A stretch of DNA of 60,940 nucleotides, filler included. It is 3 parts of 3 records of this genome, joined end to end, with 100 filler letters (N's around TTAATTAATTAA, not from the genome) between each part and the next. Parts side by side here need not be neighbours in the genome. Positions count along the whole stretch, not along the records: positions 1 to 27,804 come from DRR378314_2089; 2 more parts are not named here. One strand, written 5' to 3'. This document shows positions 9,137 through 20,627 of this stretch, in pieces. Below the pieces are notes generated by a model that was not told the DNA's origin, searched no databases, and saw only the letters and a program-made list of their open reading frames with translations. The stretch's first letter is position 1. The number at the start of each line of letters is the position of its first letter. Position numbers and translations under genes: made by a program.

Positions 9137-9432
9137 GAGAAAAAGATGAGATATATAATTGATGATATAATCAAATCAAAAGCAAAGGAGAGAGACAATA
9201 AACATATTTTTGAAATACCGAAGTTTTGATATAATATCAAATCTTTCGAATATCTTGAATCTGAAAACCTTACCGTTAGCAAACCTATAAAAACTAGTTT
9301 TAAGCTAATTATTGTTGAAAAGGGAGCTTTGAAAAACATTAACACAATTGCTATCGACGTGGATGCCAAGAGAATGGTTTTGTAGAAGAGGAAAACCATC
9401 AGGTACGTTTTAAGACGGAATAATGAAATCAT
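9133..9432 (-). CDS. Small membrane protein, coupled to the ABC ATPase
   Basis: Hydrophobic 99 aa; 4-nt overlap with the ATPase start. Confidence 0.6.
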   Translation of the reverse strand: MISLFRLKTYLMVFLFYKTILLASTSIAIVLMFFKAPFSTIISLKLVFIGLLTVRFSDSRYSKDLILYQNFGISKICLLSLSFAFDLIISSIIYLIFFS

Positions 9433-9492
9433 TGTATTTACTAAATGTACAAATTAATCGTAAATTCGCATTCCTATTAGGAGGATTGATTT

Positions 9493-10569
9493 ATGCTAGA
9501 CAAACTCAACATCGTAAAACAGCGTTTTGATGAGGTTTCCGACCTGATCATACAGCCCGATATTATTTCGGACCAAAAGCGTTACGTAAAACTGAACAAG
9601 GAGTACAAAGACTTAAAGTTGCTCAGCGACAAGCGCGACGAATACATTACCCTTACCAACAATATTCAAGAAGCGGAAGAAATTATTGCAGATGGCAGTG
9701 ATGCGGAAATGTTGGAAATGGCCAAGATGCAATTGGATGAGGCCAAAAGTGCGTTGCCCAAGTTGGAAGAAGAAATTAAATACCTTTTGATTCCCAAAGA
9801 CCCCGAGGACGAAAAGAACGTGGTAATGGAAATCAGAGCGGGAACTGGTGGGGATGAAGCCAGTATTTTTGCGGGCGATTTATTCCGTATGTATACCAAA
9901 TATTGCGAATCCAAAGGGTGGAAGACCAATGTAATCGATTTGAGTGAGGGCACTAGCGGTGGATATAAAGAAATCCATTTTGAGGTGAATGGCGAAGATG
10001 TGTATGGAACTTTGAAGTTTGAGGCTGGGGTGCATCGTGTACAACGCGTACCACAGACCGAAACCCAAGGTAGAGTGCATACCAGTGCCGCTACCGTGAT
10101 GGTGATTCCCGAAGCAGAAGAATTTGATGTGCAGATTGACCCCAAGGATGTACGGATAGATTATTTCTGTTCCTCTGGACCTGGTGGACAGTCGGTGAAC
10201 ACCACTTATTCTGCGGTGCGTTTAACGCACGAGCCCACAGGGATTGTGGCCCAATGTCAGGATGAAAAATCGCAGCACAAGAACAAGGATAAAGCCTTTA
10301 AGGTGCTTCGTTCCCGTTTGTACGATATGGAATTGGCCAAAAAACAGGCCGAGGATGCTGCCAAGCGTAATTCTCAAGTAAGTAGTGGCGACCGTTCGGC
10401 GAAAATCCGAACGTACAATTATCCGCAAGGTAGGGTGACCGATCACCGAATTGGTCTAACGCTTTACGACTTGCAGAATATCATCAACGGAGATATCCAA
10501 AAAATCATCGATGAGTTGATGTTGGTGGAAAACACCGAAAAACTCAAAGAAGCTTCGGAGATATTTTAA
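9493..10569 (+). CDS. prfA: Peptide chain release factor 1
   Basis: [15 protein letters not shown] (PxT), [17 protein letters not shown]. Confidence 0.97.
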   Translation: MLDKLNIVKQRFDEVSDLIIQPDIISDQKRYVKLNKEYKDLKLLSDKRDEYITLTNNIQEAEEIIADGSDAEMLEMAKMQLDEAKSALPKLEEEIKYLLIPKDPEDEKNVVMEIRAGTGGDEASIFAGDLFRMYTKYCESKGWKTNVIDLSEGTSGGYKEIHFEVNGEDVYGTLKFEAGVHRVQRVPQTETQGRVHTSAATVMVIPEAEEFDVQIDPKDVRIDYFCSSGPGGQSVNTTYSAVRLTHEPTGIVAQCQDEKSQHKNKDKAFKVLRSRLYDMELAKKQAEDAAKRNSQVSSGDRSAKIRTYNYPQGRVTDHRIGLTLYDLQNIINGDIQKIIDELMLVENTEKLKEASEIF

Positions 10570-10610
10570 GCTGTTAATTTTCAATTGAGCACGGTCGAGA
10601 ACCTTTCATA

Positions 10611-11432
10611 ATGAAGATAGAAGATTTAATTGCCCAGATACATCAAAAAAAATCATTCCTCTGTGTTGGTCTCGACACCGATTTAGATAAAATTCCAGAA
10701 CATCTTCTAAAAGAAGAAGATCCCATCTTCGCTTTCAATAAAGCGATTATTGATGCTACGCATTCCTATTGTGTGGCCTATAAGCCGAATATCGCCTTTT
10801 ATGAGGCTTATGGTCTGGAAGGATGGAAATCCTTGGAGCGTACCATGGCATATTTGAATGCCAACTACCCAGAGATGTTCACCATTGCCGATGCCAAGCG
10901 CGGTGATATTGGGAATACGTCTACCCGCTACGCGAAAGCGTTTTTTGAAACGATGGATTTTGATTCCATTACCATTGCACCCTATATGGGCAAGGATTCT
11001 GTGGAGCCCTTTTTGGAGTTTAAGGATAAGCATACCATTTTATTGGCGCTTACGTCCAACCAAGGCGCATTTGATTTTCAGACTAAAATTGTGGCTGGAC
11101 AGGAATTGTACAAAGAGGTTATATCCGTTTCCAAAACGTATAAAGGTTCAGAACGATTGATGTATGTGGTAGGAGCCACAAAGGCTACTTATTTGGAGGA
11201 TATTCGAAGGATTGTACCGGAGAGCTTTTTATTGGTACCTGGTGTGGGGGCACAAGGAGGTAGTTTGCAAGAGGTCTGCAAGTACGGAATTACCAAGGAT
11301 ATAGGTTTGTTGGTGAACTCCTCACGTGGTATTTTATATGCTTCTACAGGGTTGGATTTTGCTGAAACTGCTGCGAAAAAGGCACAGGAAATCCAGAAGG
11401 AAATGTCTGTTGAACTCGCTAAACTGAATTAA
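10611..11432 (+). CDS. pyrF: Orotidine-5'-phosphate decarboxylase
   Basis: [41 protein letters not shown]. Confidence 0.96.
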   Translation: MKIEDLIAQIHQKKSFLCVGLDTDLDKIPEHLLKEEDPIFAFNKAIIDATHSYCVAYKPNIAFYEAYGLEGWKSLERTMAYLNANYPEMFTIADAKRGDIGNTSTRYAKAFFETMDFDSITIAPYMGKDSVEPFLEFKDKHTILLALTSNQGAFDFQTKIVAGQELYKEVISVSKTYKGSERLMYVVGATKATYLEDIRRIVPESFLLVPGVGAQGGSLQEVCKYGITKDIGLLVNSSRGILYASTGLDFAETAAKKAQEIQKEMSVELAKLN

Positions 11433-11440
11433 GTCCAGAC

Positions 11441-11641
11441 CTACAAGCTCTCCAAAACCTTTTTTAGACTCTGCGCTTTTCTTTTGAAGAATTCTCCCAA
11501 CTGATTGTCTTTTCCAGCAACGCTGGCAGCTTTCTCCATAAAATTGTTGTGCATTACTTCCAAAACTGATGCTGCTTGGCTGACACTTGTGATGGGTGTA
11601 ACAGAACCAACTTTACAATACTGATTATTCATAGCTCTCAA
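11441..11641 (-). CDS. Hypothetical small protein
   Basis: 66-aa ORF filling the gap after pyrF; helical, protein-like composition. Start may be ATG 11632. Confidence 0.6.
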   Translation of the reverse strand: MRAMNNQYCKVGSVTPITSVSQAASVLEVMHNNFMEKAASVAGKDNQLGEFFKRKAQSLKKVLESL

Positions 11642-11824
11642 GATTTGTTAATAACAAAGATACGTTCAAAACGTGCTCGTGGACTACGTAGGTAGAGGGT
11701 ATACGTCTATAAATCAGGTAATTTATCTAAAATTTAACGTATCCCGCCCTGTTGAAGAAAACTACTTACATTTGGGTAGGATAAAATTAACGTACCTTTA
11801 AAATGAGTCTCTTTTTACATTCAA

Positions 11825-12358
11825 ATGATTCAAATGCATAAGATAACAATCATTCTAAGTTGTTTTTTTCAGCTTGTCTTGTTTGCGCAAGATTCTCAAA
11901 ATTGTAACTGTTGCTCTGAAAATCACCGTGCTTTTGATTTTTGGATAGGAAAGTGGAAAGTGGTCAATTCCAAAGATGGTTCTCCTGCTGGTTCAAGTGT
12001 AATAAGTAAGGAAGAAGGTGGTTGTGTGATTCGAGAAAATTGGACAAGCGCAAATGCAGGGTATACAGGAACCAGCCTTAATTTTTTTAATGCCCAAACC
12101 AATCAATGGGAGCAATTGTGGGTGGACAATGCAGGGGCTTCATTAAAATTGAAAGGGAACAGGGTCGAGAATCAAATGATTCTGACCTCCGAAGAATTTA
12201 CAAAGGCTGATGGCAAACCATATAAAAACCGAATTACATGGACCAAGAATGATGATGGAACCGTTAGGCAGTTGTGGGAGGTACTAGATGAAGAGGGCAA
12301 TGTATCTATTGCATTTGATGGGCTCTACCGAAAAGTTCTGAATGCAAAAAACCGGTGA
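11825..12358 (+). CDS. Secreted hypothetical protein (DUF1579-like)
   Basis: Signal peptide; FDFWIGKW, GTSLNF, WEQLWVDN, VRQLWE, FDGLY motifs. Confidence 0.8.
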   Translation: MIQMHKITIILSCFFQLVLFAQDSQNCNCCSENHRAFDFWIGKWKVVNSKDGSPAGSSVISKEEGGCVIRENWTSANAGYTGTSLNFFNAQTNQWEQLWVDNAGASLKLKGNRVENQMILTSEEFTKADGKPYKNRITWTKNDDGTVRQLWEVLDEEGNVSIAFDGLYRKVLNAKNR

Positions 12359-12373
12359 AGAACACCGGTTTTT
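12346..12373. terminator. Bidirectional intrinsic terminator
   Basis: AAAAAACCGGTG-AAGAA-CACCGGTTTTT perfect stem with A/T tails. Confidence 0.85.
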
Positions 12374-12438
12374 AAACTAACTAACTCAAAAAAATGCTAA
12401 CTCAGATAACTTGTACAAAAATCAAGTTTAACCTCTGG
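12346..12438 (-). ncRNA. Candidate small RNA
   Basis: TAACCTTG -7-like element (12441-12448), 5' hairpin, repeated GAGTTAG linker, terminator. Confidence 0.4.
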
Positions 12439-12536
12439 ATCAAGGTTAATTTAACTTTAGGATTTTGTTATAATTATACTTTATTGTTGAGTTAATAACG
12501 ACTTATTGTTTGAGTTATTGCGTTTTTATCAAAAAA

Positions 12537-13247
12537 TTATGATTTATCCTGAAGAGAAAACACCTTTTTTAACAAATCTGTTGTTCTTGACGAAACTTTT
12601 GTCCTAATTTCCTTTTCTTCCACGGCAATCATGGTATAGACACCTTCCAATGCTTCGTTGGTCGTGTAATCCGTTAAATCGGGGTTTACATCATTGGTCA
12701 ATGGCAAGCTATTGTACTTGGTAATGATATTGCTCCAGATTTGGTCAGCTCCCACTTTTTGGAACGAATTTTTGATAATAGGGTTAAACTTATTGTACAA
12801 CTGGGTTTTTGTGGCCTGCTGCAAATATTGGGTTGCTGCATTATCGTTCCCTAAAAGTATCTGTTTGGCATCATTGAATGTGATTCCTTTTACGGCATCC
12901 ACAAAAATGGGAGTGGCCTCGCCAACGGCATCTTCGGCAGCACGGTTGATAATTCGCAAACCTTCATCGGCCAAACTGGACAAACCAACATCGCGCAAGG
13001 TTTTATCCACTTTTTGTAGCTCCTCAGGAAGCATGATTTTTACCAACTCATTCTTGTAGAACCCATTTTCGCTGGTAAGTTGGTTTACTTGCTTTTCAAT
13101 GCCCATGTTCAGCGCCTCCCGTAATCCCTGGGCTATTTGATCATTTCCTATTCCTGTTGTTCCTTGGGGCAATTGGTCCACAACCTGCTGGAGTTCTGCA
13201 CACCCTACAAGTTGTAACACTAAAATACATAGCACTAATCTTTTCAT
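12537..13247 (-). CDS. DUF4197 family lipoprotein
   Basis: LVGC lipobox; GLREAL, NRAAEDA, AATQYL, IAVEEKEIR motifs. Confidence 0.9.
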   Translation of the reverse strand: MKRLVLCILVLQLVGCAELQQVVDQLPQGTTGIGNDQIAQGLREALNMGIEKQVNQLTSENGFYKNELVKIMLPEELQKVDKTLRDVGLSSLADEGLRIINRAAEDAVGEATPIFVDAVKGITFNDAKQILLGNDNAATQYLQQATKTQLYNKFNPIIKNSFQKVGADQIWSNIITKYNSLPLTNDVNPDLTDYTTNEALEGVYTMIAVEEKEIRTKVSSRTTDLLKKVFSLQDKS

Positions 13248-13301
13248 GGTTAAATTTTTAATTTGGAGTGATAATATATGGGGAAACTACATAAATAATG
13301 G

Positions 13302-15587
13302 TTAATTCAAAATAATGGATTCACCATTGACAAGAATTTCTAAGCTTTCACCTTCATCAATAGTAAAGGTTGCACCGTTTTGGGCAACAGTAACCTTTAA
13401 AACCCTGTCCCTAAAATTAATTTTGAAGGAGTACCTAACCCATTGTTCAGGAATTTTTGGAGAAAAGCAAAGCTTACCGTCTCTAACACGCATACCACCA
13501 AATCCTTCTACAATACTCATCCAAGTCCCTGCCATTGATGTAATATGCAGTCCTTCTTCGACCTCTTTGTTGTAGTCGTCCAAATCCAATCGAGAAGTTC
13601 GCAGGTAAAATGTGTAGGCTTGCTCCATTCGGCCTAATTTGGCAGCCTGTACGGAGTGAACGCAGGGTGAAAGCGAAGATTCATGAACGGTGAAAGGCTC
13701 GTAGAAATCAAAGTGCTTTTCCAGTTCCTGCTCCGTAAAATGGTCTTCAAAGAAATAAAACCCCTGCAAGGTGTCCGCTTGTTTGATATAGGGTGACCTA
13801 AGAATGCGGTCCCAGCTCCAATGTTGGTTGATGGGGCGTTCTTTTTTATTGAGGTCGGCCACACGGACCAAGTCTTTGTCCAAGAATCCATCTTGTTGAA
13901 GGTAAACCCCATGTTCTTCGGAATATGGAAAATACATATGGGCGGCGACTTTTTTCCATAAGCCGGTTTCATCGTTGCCCAATTTCGTCTTTTCCAAAAC
14001 TCTTTTGTAATCCTTCGGATAATTTTGCCGAACGTCTTCCAATTGTTCCAGTGCGTAATCCAGGCACCATTTTGCAAGGTAATTGGTGTACCAGTTGTTG
14101 TTGACGTTGTTCTCATACTCGTTGGGACCGGTTACGCCCAACATTACATATTTCTTGCGATGTTCTGACCAATTGACCCGTTGCTGCCAAAAACGAGCAA
14201 TTCCAATCAGTACTTCCAATCCCATTTCTGGAATGTAGCTATAGTCTTGGGTGTATTCTGTATAGTTGTAAATGGCGTAGGCTATGGCTCCATTACGGTG
14301 GATTTCCTCAAAAGTGATTTCCCATTCGTTATGGCACTCTTCACCATTCATAGTAACCATTGGGTAGAGCGCAGCCCCATTTTTGAAACCTAGCTTTTCG
14401 GCATTTTCAATGGCCTTTTCCAGATGATTGTAGCGGTATTTGAGCAGTTTCCGAGCCACTTCCTGATTTTTAGTAGCCATATAAAATGGAAGACAATAGG
14501 CTTCGGTGTCCCAATACGTGCTACCGCCATATTTCTCGCCCGTGAACCCTTTCGGACCAATATTTAATCGGGAATCTGTTCCGGTGTAGGTTTGATTCAG
14601 TTGAAATATATTGAAGCGTATCCCTTGCTGTGCTTTAACATCACCTTCTATTGTAATGTCGCTCATTTCCCAAATCTGGGCCCAGGCTTTTTTCTGCTCC
14701 TCCAAAAGTCCATCATACCCTAGGGAAGAGACTTGGTCCAATGCATCATGGGCAGCTTGTGTTAACTTGTCGGCATCGTGGTTTCGGTCTACCGTATACC
14801 CTCCGAACTTTACAAAACTTACTTTTTCTCCCTTTTTTACGTTTTGATGGAATTCAAAACCGATGGAAAGCTTCTTTTCGTTTAAAGAATCGGGAGTATC
14901 TTTCAATGTATCACCATAAACCAAATGCGCTTGCATAAAGGTGCACACATTAAAATGGGTTTTCATGGTATGCGATTCAATAAAGGCCCTGTTTTTATCG
15001 GATTCGATATTGGTGGTATTCCAGAATTTATCATCCCAGTTACTGTCCTCATTGGTGATACCTGCATCAACATAAGGTTTAAATACAATTTTGGCATCAG
15101 AATTAAGCGGGGTAATTTCAAATTTGATGGCTCCAACTTCATCATGCGACAGACTCAAAAATCGGGTGGCAACAACCGCTATTTCAATATTATTGGGTGT
15201 GGTGGCGACGAAATTTCTTTGGTACCACCCTTCTTTCATATTAAGTTCCCGCTTAAAGTTTTTGATATGTGTACAAGTGTTCAAATCCAAAGGCGTTCCA
15301 TCGATTTCTACATCAATACCTATCCAATTTGGGGCATTTATAACCTTGGCGAAATATTCTGGATAACCGTTTTTCCACCATCCCACACGGGTTTTGTCAG
15401 GATAGTATACCCCTCCGATATAACTTCCTTGAAAACTGGGGCCTGAATAGGATTCTTCAAAATTGGCACGTTGTCCCATAGCTCCATTGCCTATACTAAA
15501 GAGACTTTCGGAAGATTTAACGCGATCTTGGTCAAAATCCTCTTCGATAATGCTCCATGGATTGGGTTGTATATAGTCTTGATTCAT
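13302..15587 (-). CDS. Glycoside hydrolase family 65 (maltose phosphorylase-like)
   Basis: ESLFSIGNG, GPKGFTGEKYGG, YWDTE, GPNEYE, IKQAD, HESSLS. Confidence 0.93.
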   Translation of the reverse strand: MNQDYIQPNPWSIIEEDFDQDRVKSSESLFSIGNGAMGQRANFEESYSGPSFQGSYIGGVYYPDKTRVGWWKNGYPEYFAKVINAPNWIGIDVEIDGTPLDLNTCTHIKNFKRELNMKEGWYQRNFVATTPNNIEIAVVATRFLSLSHDEVGAIKFEITPLNSDAKIVFKPYVDAGITNEDSNWDDKFWNTTNIESDKNRAFIESHTMKTHFNVCTFMQAHLVYGDTLKDTPDSLNEKKLSIGFEFHQNVKKGEKVSFVKFGGYTVDRNHDADKLTQAAHDALDQVSSLGYDGLLEEQKKAWAQIWEMSDITIEGDVKAQQGIRFNIFQLNQTYTGTDSRLNIGPKGFTGEKYGGSTYWDTEAYCLPFYMATKNQEVARKLLKYRYNHLEKAIENAEKLGFKNGAALYPMVTMNGEECHNEWEITFEEIHRNGAIAYAIYNYTEYTQDYSYIPEMGLEVLIGIARFWQQRVNWSEHRKKYVMLGVTGPNEYENNVNNNWYTNYLAKWCLDYALEQLEDVRQNYPKDYKRVLEKTKLGNDETGLWKKVAAHMYFPYSEEHGVYLQQDGFLDKDLVRVADLNKKERPINQHWSWDRILRSPYIKQADTLQGFYFFEDHFTEQELEKHFDFYEPFTVHESSLSPCVHSVQAAKLGRMEQAYTFYLRTSRLDLDDYNKEVEEGLHITSMAGTWMSIVEGFGGMRVRDGKLCFSPKIPEQWVRYSFKINFRDRVLKVTVAQNGATFTIDEGESLEILVNGESIILN

Positions 15588-15645
15588 TTTAGGGATGATT
15601 GATGTTGTGTTTGTACTCGTTTTTTAGAAGATACGTAATCTTTTA

Positions 15646-16494
15646 TTAAGAAAAAATCACTGTTTTATTATTGTAGACCATCGTTTTCCGAGCTACATGA
15701 AGCTGCACGGCCCGAGAAAGGACAATACGTTCCAAATCCCGTCCTTTTGCAATAAAATCCTTCACGGAATGCGTATGTGATACCGTGGTTACATCTTGCT
15801 CTATAATGGGGCCTGCATCCAAATCTTCGGTAACATAATGACTTGTGGCCCCAATAATTTTAACACCTCTGTTAAATGCGGCGTGGTAGGGTTTTGCTCC
15901 GGCAAAGGCAGGCAAGAACGAATGGTGAATGTTGATGATTTTTTGAGGGAATACATCAATCACCTTGGGTGATACTATTTGCATATACCTCGCCAAAACA
16001 ATAAAATCAACTCCGTACTGTTCCAAAAGCTCCAATTGTTTGTCTTCGGCCTCTGCCTTGGTTTCTTTGGTCACTGGAATATGAAAATAAGGAATATTGA
16101 ACTGCTCCGCCACATATTCCAAATCCCTATGATTGCTTAAAATAAAGGGAATTTCAACAGAAAGTTCCCCAGAATTGTACCTGCTCAGCAAATCGTACAG
16201 ACAATGATTGTACTTAGAAACAAAAATGGCCATTTTTGGTCTGTACATATCCGTATAAGCATCCCATTCCATATGAAAATTTTCCGCCAATTCACGTCCA
16301 AATTCTTTTTTGAATTTGGGTAAATCCAGATTATGTTCAAACTCACTCTTCAATCGCATAAAAAACACGCCTGCCTGTTTGTCCACATGCTGGTCAAGGT
16401 ACACCACATTGCCTTTTTGCTGATGGATAAAGGTGGTGACGGAACGAATGATTCCCGATTGGTCGGGGCAGTTGATAAGAATGGTCAGTTTCAT
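15646..16494 (-). CDS. purU: Formyltetrahydrofolate deformylase
   Basis: ACT domain CPDQSGI; VLARYMQI, INIHHSFLPAF, GATSHYVT, GPIIEQD. ATG 16494 preferred. Confidence 0.95.
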   Translation of the reverse strand: MKLTILINCPDQSGIIRSVTTFIHQQKGNVVYLDQHVDKQAGVFFMRLKSEFEHNLDLPKFKKEFGRELAENFHMEWDAYTDMYRPKMAIFVSKYNHCLYDLLSRYNSGELSVEIPFILSNHRDLEYVAEQFNIPYFHIPVTKETKAEAEDKQLELLEQYGVDFIVLARYMQIVSPKVIDVFPQKIINIHHSFLPAFAGAKPYHAAFNRGVKIIGATSHYVTEDLDAGPIIEQDVTTVSHTHSVKDFIAKGRDLERIVLSRAVQLHVARKTMVYNNKTVIFS

Positions 16495-16636
16495 TGAACA
16501 TAATTGAGCCGATAAAATTATGGTATTCAAAAAAGGATGCCCAAAGTTTTACTATTTTTTATGCAATCTTAATCAAAATCATTTTTCAATTGCATTTTCC
16601 GTAAATTGCAGAGCAAAATCAGACCTTTTATTGCAA

Positions 16637-19600
16637 ATGGAACAAATTAAACCCTACAAGCCAAAACATAAAATCAGAATTGTAACTGCAGCTTCCCTGT
16701 TTGATGGGCACGATGCTGCCATCAATATTATGCGAAGGATTATCCAAGCCACAGGGGTTGAGGTGATTCACTTGGGGCACGATAGGAGTGTGGTCGAAGT
16801 TGTTGATTGCGCTATTCAAGAAGATGCCAATGCCATTGCAATGACTTCTTATCAAGGTGGGCATAATGAGTATTTTAGGTATATGTTCGATTTGTTGGAG
16901 GAACGAGGAGCAGGTCACATCAAAATATTTGGTGGAGGTGGTGGTGTCATCCTTCCAGAAGAGATAAAGGAACTGATGGATTACGGTATTGAGCGAATTT
17001 ATTCTCCAGATGACGGCCGGGAAATGGGGCTTCAGGGGATGATCAATGATTTGGTGGAGCGTTGTGATACTGCCGTACCTGATTTGGAACTTTCTAAAGA
17101 AAAATCCTTGGAAAGCGAATTGGAAAAGAAGCATACCAATACTTTGGCTCGTTTGATTTCTTTGGCGGAGAACCGTCACGAAGAATACGAGAGATTTGAG
17201 TCAATCATAGCTAAAAGACAGACCAATGTACCCGTTTTGGGAATTACGGGTACTGGGGGAGCAGGTAAATCCAGTTTGGTGGATGAATTGGTCCGACGGT
17301 TTTTGATGGATTTTCCAGATAAAAATATTGGAATTATTTCTGTGGACCCATCCAAACGAAAAACGGGAGGGGCGCTTTTAGGGGATAGAATCCGAATGAA
17401 CGCCATCAATAACGAAAGAGTCTATATGCGCTCTTTGGCCACGCGCCAATCCAATTTGGCCTTATCCAAACACGTTTCGGAGGCAGTTCAAGTGCTGAAA
17501 TCTGCAAAATATGACCTAATTATCCTGGAAACTTCAGGAATTGGTCAGTCCGATACCGAAATTTTGGAACATAGCGATGTTTCGCTCTACGTAATGACCC
17601 CCGAATTTGGTGCAGCTACCCAATTGGAGAAGATTGATATGCTGGATTTTGCGGATATCGTTGCCATCAATAAGTTTGATAAAAGAGGAGCACTTGATGC
17701 GCTTCGTGATGTAAAAAAACAATATGCCCGTAACCATGGGTTGTGGCACACCAATGAAGATGAACTGCCCATTTTCGGAACCATTGCTTCGCAGTTCAAC
17801 GACCCTGGAATGAACAACCTCTATAAAATGGTGATGGATACTTTGGTTGAAAAAGCGGGTTCTACATTGAATTCTACCATTGAAATCACCCAGGAAATGG
17901 CGGAGAAAATCTACGTGATTCCGCCAGCACGCACCCGATATTTATCAGAAATTGCCGAAAACAATAGAGGTTATGATGCCAGAGCCAAAGAGGAATCCAA
18001 AATAGCCCAAAAGCTTTATGGTATCTTTTTGACATTAGCTTCTACTTTGGAAATGGACCAAGAACAAGCGGAAGAATTGTTTTTGGATAAGTCAGGCTTG
18101 GATGAAGAAGCAATTGAATCCAACATCAAAAATGAGGAATCCAAGGCATTGGTGAAGCTGCTCATCAAGGAGTTTGACAGGATAAAGATGCACTTGAATC
18201 CACATAACTGGAAAGCTATCTTAAAATGGAAAGAAAAAGTAAGTCGCTACAAGGCCGAAATATATTCCTTTAAGGTGCGGGACAAAGAGGTCAAAATACA
18301 AACGCATACCGAATCACTTTCGCACAGCCAGATTCCAAAGGTATCCTTGCCCAAATACCAAGCTTGGGGCGATGTTCTACAATGGATTTTACAGGAAAAT
18401 GTACCTGGCGAATTTCCATATACGGCCGGTTTGTATCCTTTTAAAAGAGAAGGGGAGGACCCAACAAGAATGTTTGCGGGCGAAGGTGGTCCAGAACGTA
18501 CCAATCGCCGCTTCCATTATGTGAGTATGGATATGCCCGCCAAGCGGTTGTCCACAGCTTTTGATTCGGTGACGCTGTACGGAAACGACCCAGGCCATCG
18601 ACCAGATATTTATGGTAAAATTGGTAACGCTGGGGTGTCCATTTGCTGTTTGGATGATGCCAAAAAATTATACTCAGGATTTGACTTGAGCAGCCCGATG
18701 ACTTCGGTGAGTATGACCATAAATGGTCCCGCACCGATGCTTTTGGCCTTTTTTATGAATGCTGCCATTGATCAGAACTGCGAGAAATACATTAAAGAAA
18801 ATGGTCTCCAGAAAAGGGTCGAGGATAAAATAAAAACCATCTTTAAAGAGAAAGGGGTGGCACAGCCCAAATATTACGGAGAGTTTCCCGAAGGGAACAA
18901 TGGTCTCGGATTGATGCTTTTGGGTGTTACAGGAGACCAAGTGTTGCCCAAAAATGTTTACGAAGAAATAAAGGTAAAGACTCTGAGCCAAGTTCGTGGG
19001 ACCGTTCAGGCCGATATTTTAAAAGAGGACCAAGCACAGAATACCTGTATTTTTTCAACGGAGTTTGCCCTCAGACTGATGGGAGATGTGCAGGAATATT
19101 TTATTGAACAACAGGTTCGTAATTTCTATTCCGTTTCCATTTCCGGTTACCATATTGCAGAGGCGGGTGCTAACCCGATTACCCAATTGGCATTCACGCT
19201 TTCCAATGGGTTTACCTACGTGGAGTACTATTTGAGCCGTGGAATGGACATCAACAAATTTGGTCCCAATCTTTCGTTCTTCTTTTCCAACGGTGTAGAT
19301 CCAGAGTATGCCGTTATTGGTCGTGTAGCTCGACGGATTTGGTCCAAAGCTTTGAAAGAGAAGTATGGCGCCAACCCAAGGGCGCAGATGTTGAAATACC
19401 ACATCCAGACCTCGGGAAGAAGTTTGCACGCGCAAGAAATTGACTTTAATGATATCCGTACAACGCTTCAAGCTTTGTATGCGATTTATGACAACTGTAA
19501 CTCGTTGCATACCAATGCCTATGATGAGGCCATTACCACACCGACCGAAGAATCGGTGCGTAGGGCCATGGCCATTCAATTGATCATTAATAAAGAATTG

Positions 19601-20095
19601 GGATTGGCCAAAAACGAAAACCCGATACAAGGGTCATTTATTATCGAAGAGTTGACGGACTTGGTGGAAGAGGCTGTTTTAATGGAGTTTGATAGAATTA
19701 CAGAACGTGGCGGTGTACTGGGCGCTATGGAAACCATGTATCAGCGTTCCAAAATACAAGAAGAGAGCCTCCATTATGAAACCTTGAAGCATTCAGGTGA
19801 ATATCCGATAATTGGTGTGAACACATTTTTGAGTTCAAAAGGGTCTCCCACGATTTTGCCCGCGGAGGTGATTAGAGCCACGGAAACCGAAAAGGAAAAT
19901 CAAATAAAAACCTTGCAGAACCTGCACAAAAGGGAAGAAAAAGAAGCAGAAAAACAACTGGCCGAACTACAAGAAGTGGCGACCAACAATGAAAATATTT
20001 TTGAAAAGTTGATGGAGGCCGCTAAATATTGTTCACTGGGCCAGATAACCGGAGCCTTGTTCCAAGTAGGGGGGCAGTACCGAAGAAATATGTAG
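16637..20095 (+). CDS. icmF: Fused isobutyryl-CoA mutase/GTPase IcmF
   Basis: B12-binding DGHDAAIN, MeaB-like GTGGAGKSS and NKFD, mutase domain with RMFAG (Phe where MCM has Tyr). ATG 16637. Confidence 0.93.
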   Translation: MEQIKPYKPKHKIRIVTAASLFDGHDAAINIMRRIIQATGVEVIHLGHDRSVVEVVDCAIQEDANAIAMTSYQGGHNEYFRYMFDLLEERGAGHIKIFGGGGGVILPEEIKELMDYGIERIYSPDDGREMGLQGMINDLVERCDTAVPDLELSKEKSLESELEKKHTNTLARLISLAENRHEEYERFESIIAKRQTNVPVLGITGTGGAGKSSLVDELVRRFLMDFPDKNIGIISVDPSKRKTGGALLGDRIRMNAINNERVYMRSLATRQSNLALSKHVSEAVQVLKSAKYDLIILETSGIGQSDTEILEHSDVSLYVMTPEFGAATQLEKIDMLDFADIVAINKFDKRGALDALRDVKKQYARNHGLWHTNEDELPIFGTIASQFNDPGMNNLYKMVMDTLVEKAGSTLNSTIEITQEMAEKIYVIPPARTRYLSEIAENNRGYDARAKEESKIAQKLYGIFLTLASTLEMDQEQAEELFLDKSGLDEEAIESNIKNEESKALVKLLIKEFDRIKMHLNPHNWKAILKWKEKVSRYKAEIYSFKVRDKEVKIQTHTESLSHSQIPKVSLPKYQAWGDVLQWILQENVPGEFPYTAGLYPFKREGEDPTRMFAGEGGPERTNRRFHYVSMDMPAKRLSTAFDSVTLYGNDPGHRPDIYGKIGNAGVSICCLDDAKKLYSGFDLSSPMTSVSMTINGPAPMLLAFFMNAAIDQNCEKYIKENGLQKRVEDKIKTIFKEKGVAQPKYYGEFPEGNNGLGLMLLGVTGDQVLPKNVYEEIKVKTLSQVRGTVQADILKEDQAQNTCIFSTEFALRLMGDVQEYFIEQQVRNFYSVSISGYHIAEAGANPITQLAFTLSNGFTYVEYYLSRGMDINKFGPNLSFFFSNGVDPEYAVIGRVARRIWSKALKEKYGANPRAQMLKYHIQTSGRSLHAQEIDFNDIRTTLQALYAIYDNCNSLHTNAYDEAITTPTEESVRRAMAIQLIINKELGLAKNENPIQGSFIIEELTDLVEEAVLMEFDRITERGGVLGAMETMYQRSKIQEESLHYETLKHSGEYPIIGVNTFLSSKGSPTILPAEVIRATETEKENQIKTLQNLHKREEKEAEKQLAELQEVATNNENIFEKLMEAAKYCSLGQITGALFQVGGQYRRNM

Positions 20096-20103
20096 GAAGA
20101 GAA

Positions 20104-20529
20104 TCAATCGTTCTTACTGATCAAAGACTTTCTCCATTTTTTAAAGGAGACCCGGAATATGCGAATCTCTTTTCTAAGAAGGTTTAGGTATTCTTTTTCC
20201 TTAACGCCGTCCCGTTCCAGACCATTGCAATAGGCCAAGATGTTACGGGTCATAATATTTACATAGGAAAGGCTCCTCATTCTTGAGGAATAGCAATTGC
20301 TGAGTGCAGCTTGTTCCACCTCTTTGGTGATCAAATCGGCATCTGTTAAAAGGGATTTGGAAATGTCATCTCTGAAGGAATCGATTTTACGTAGAGACAG
20401 TATTTCCCTGTTCTGCGTAAAATATGCAGCCACAGCTTCGCTCATATCGCGAAGCGCCAAAGATTTACGGTATACACCTAAGGAGTTGAGAGCATTTTTC
20501 TCCATTTTTTCATAGCAATTTTGTTTCAT
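20104..20529 (-). CDS. Hypothetical four-helix-bundle-like protein
   Basis: Helical; LGVYRKSLAL N-terminal pattern, KEYLNLLRKEI..F..W C-terminal pattern. Start uncertain. Confidence 0.7.
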   Translation of the reverse strand: MKQNCYEKMEKNALNSLGVYRKSLALRDMSEAVAAYFTQNREILSLRKIDSFRDDISKSLLTDADLITKEVEQAALSNCYSSRMRSLSYVNIMTRNILAYCNGLERDGVKEKEYLNLLRKEIRIFRVSFKKWRKSLISKND

Positions 20530-20627
20530 AAAATTACGCACGAATTAAATTTATTTACTTTTGTTAGTAAAGCTATTATTAGATTTTACTTTTGAAAACA
20601 AAAAAATAGTGGTAAATTTCTTTATAA

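Noticed and set aside
16520..16636. Overlapping 5' extensions of icmF and purU
   Set aside because: Recognisable domains begin at ATG 16637 and ATG 16494, leaving a normal divergent promoter region.
20104..20541. Four-helix-bundle protein as a DGR accessory (Avd) or rRNA intervening-sequence protein
   Set aside because: No reverse transcriptase, template/variable repeat pair or rRNA gene nearby.
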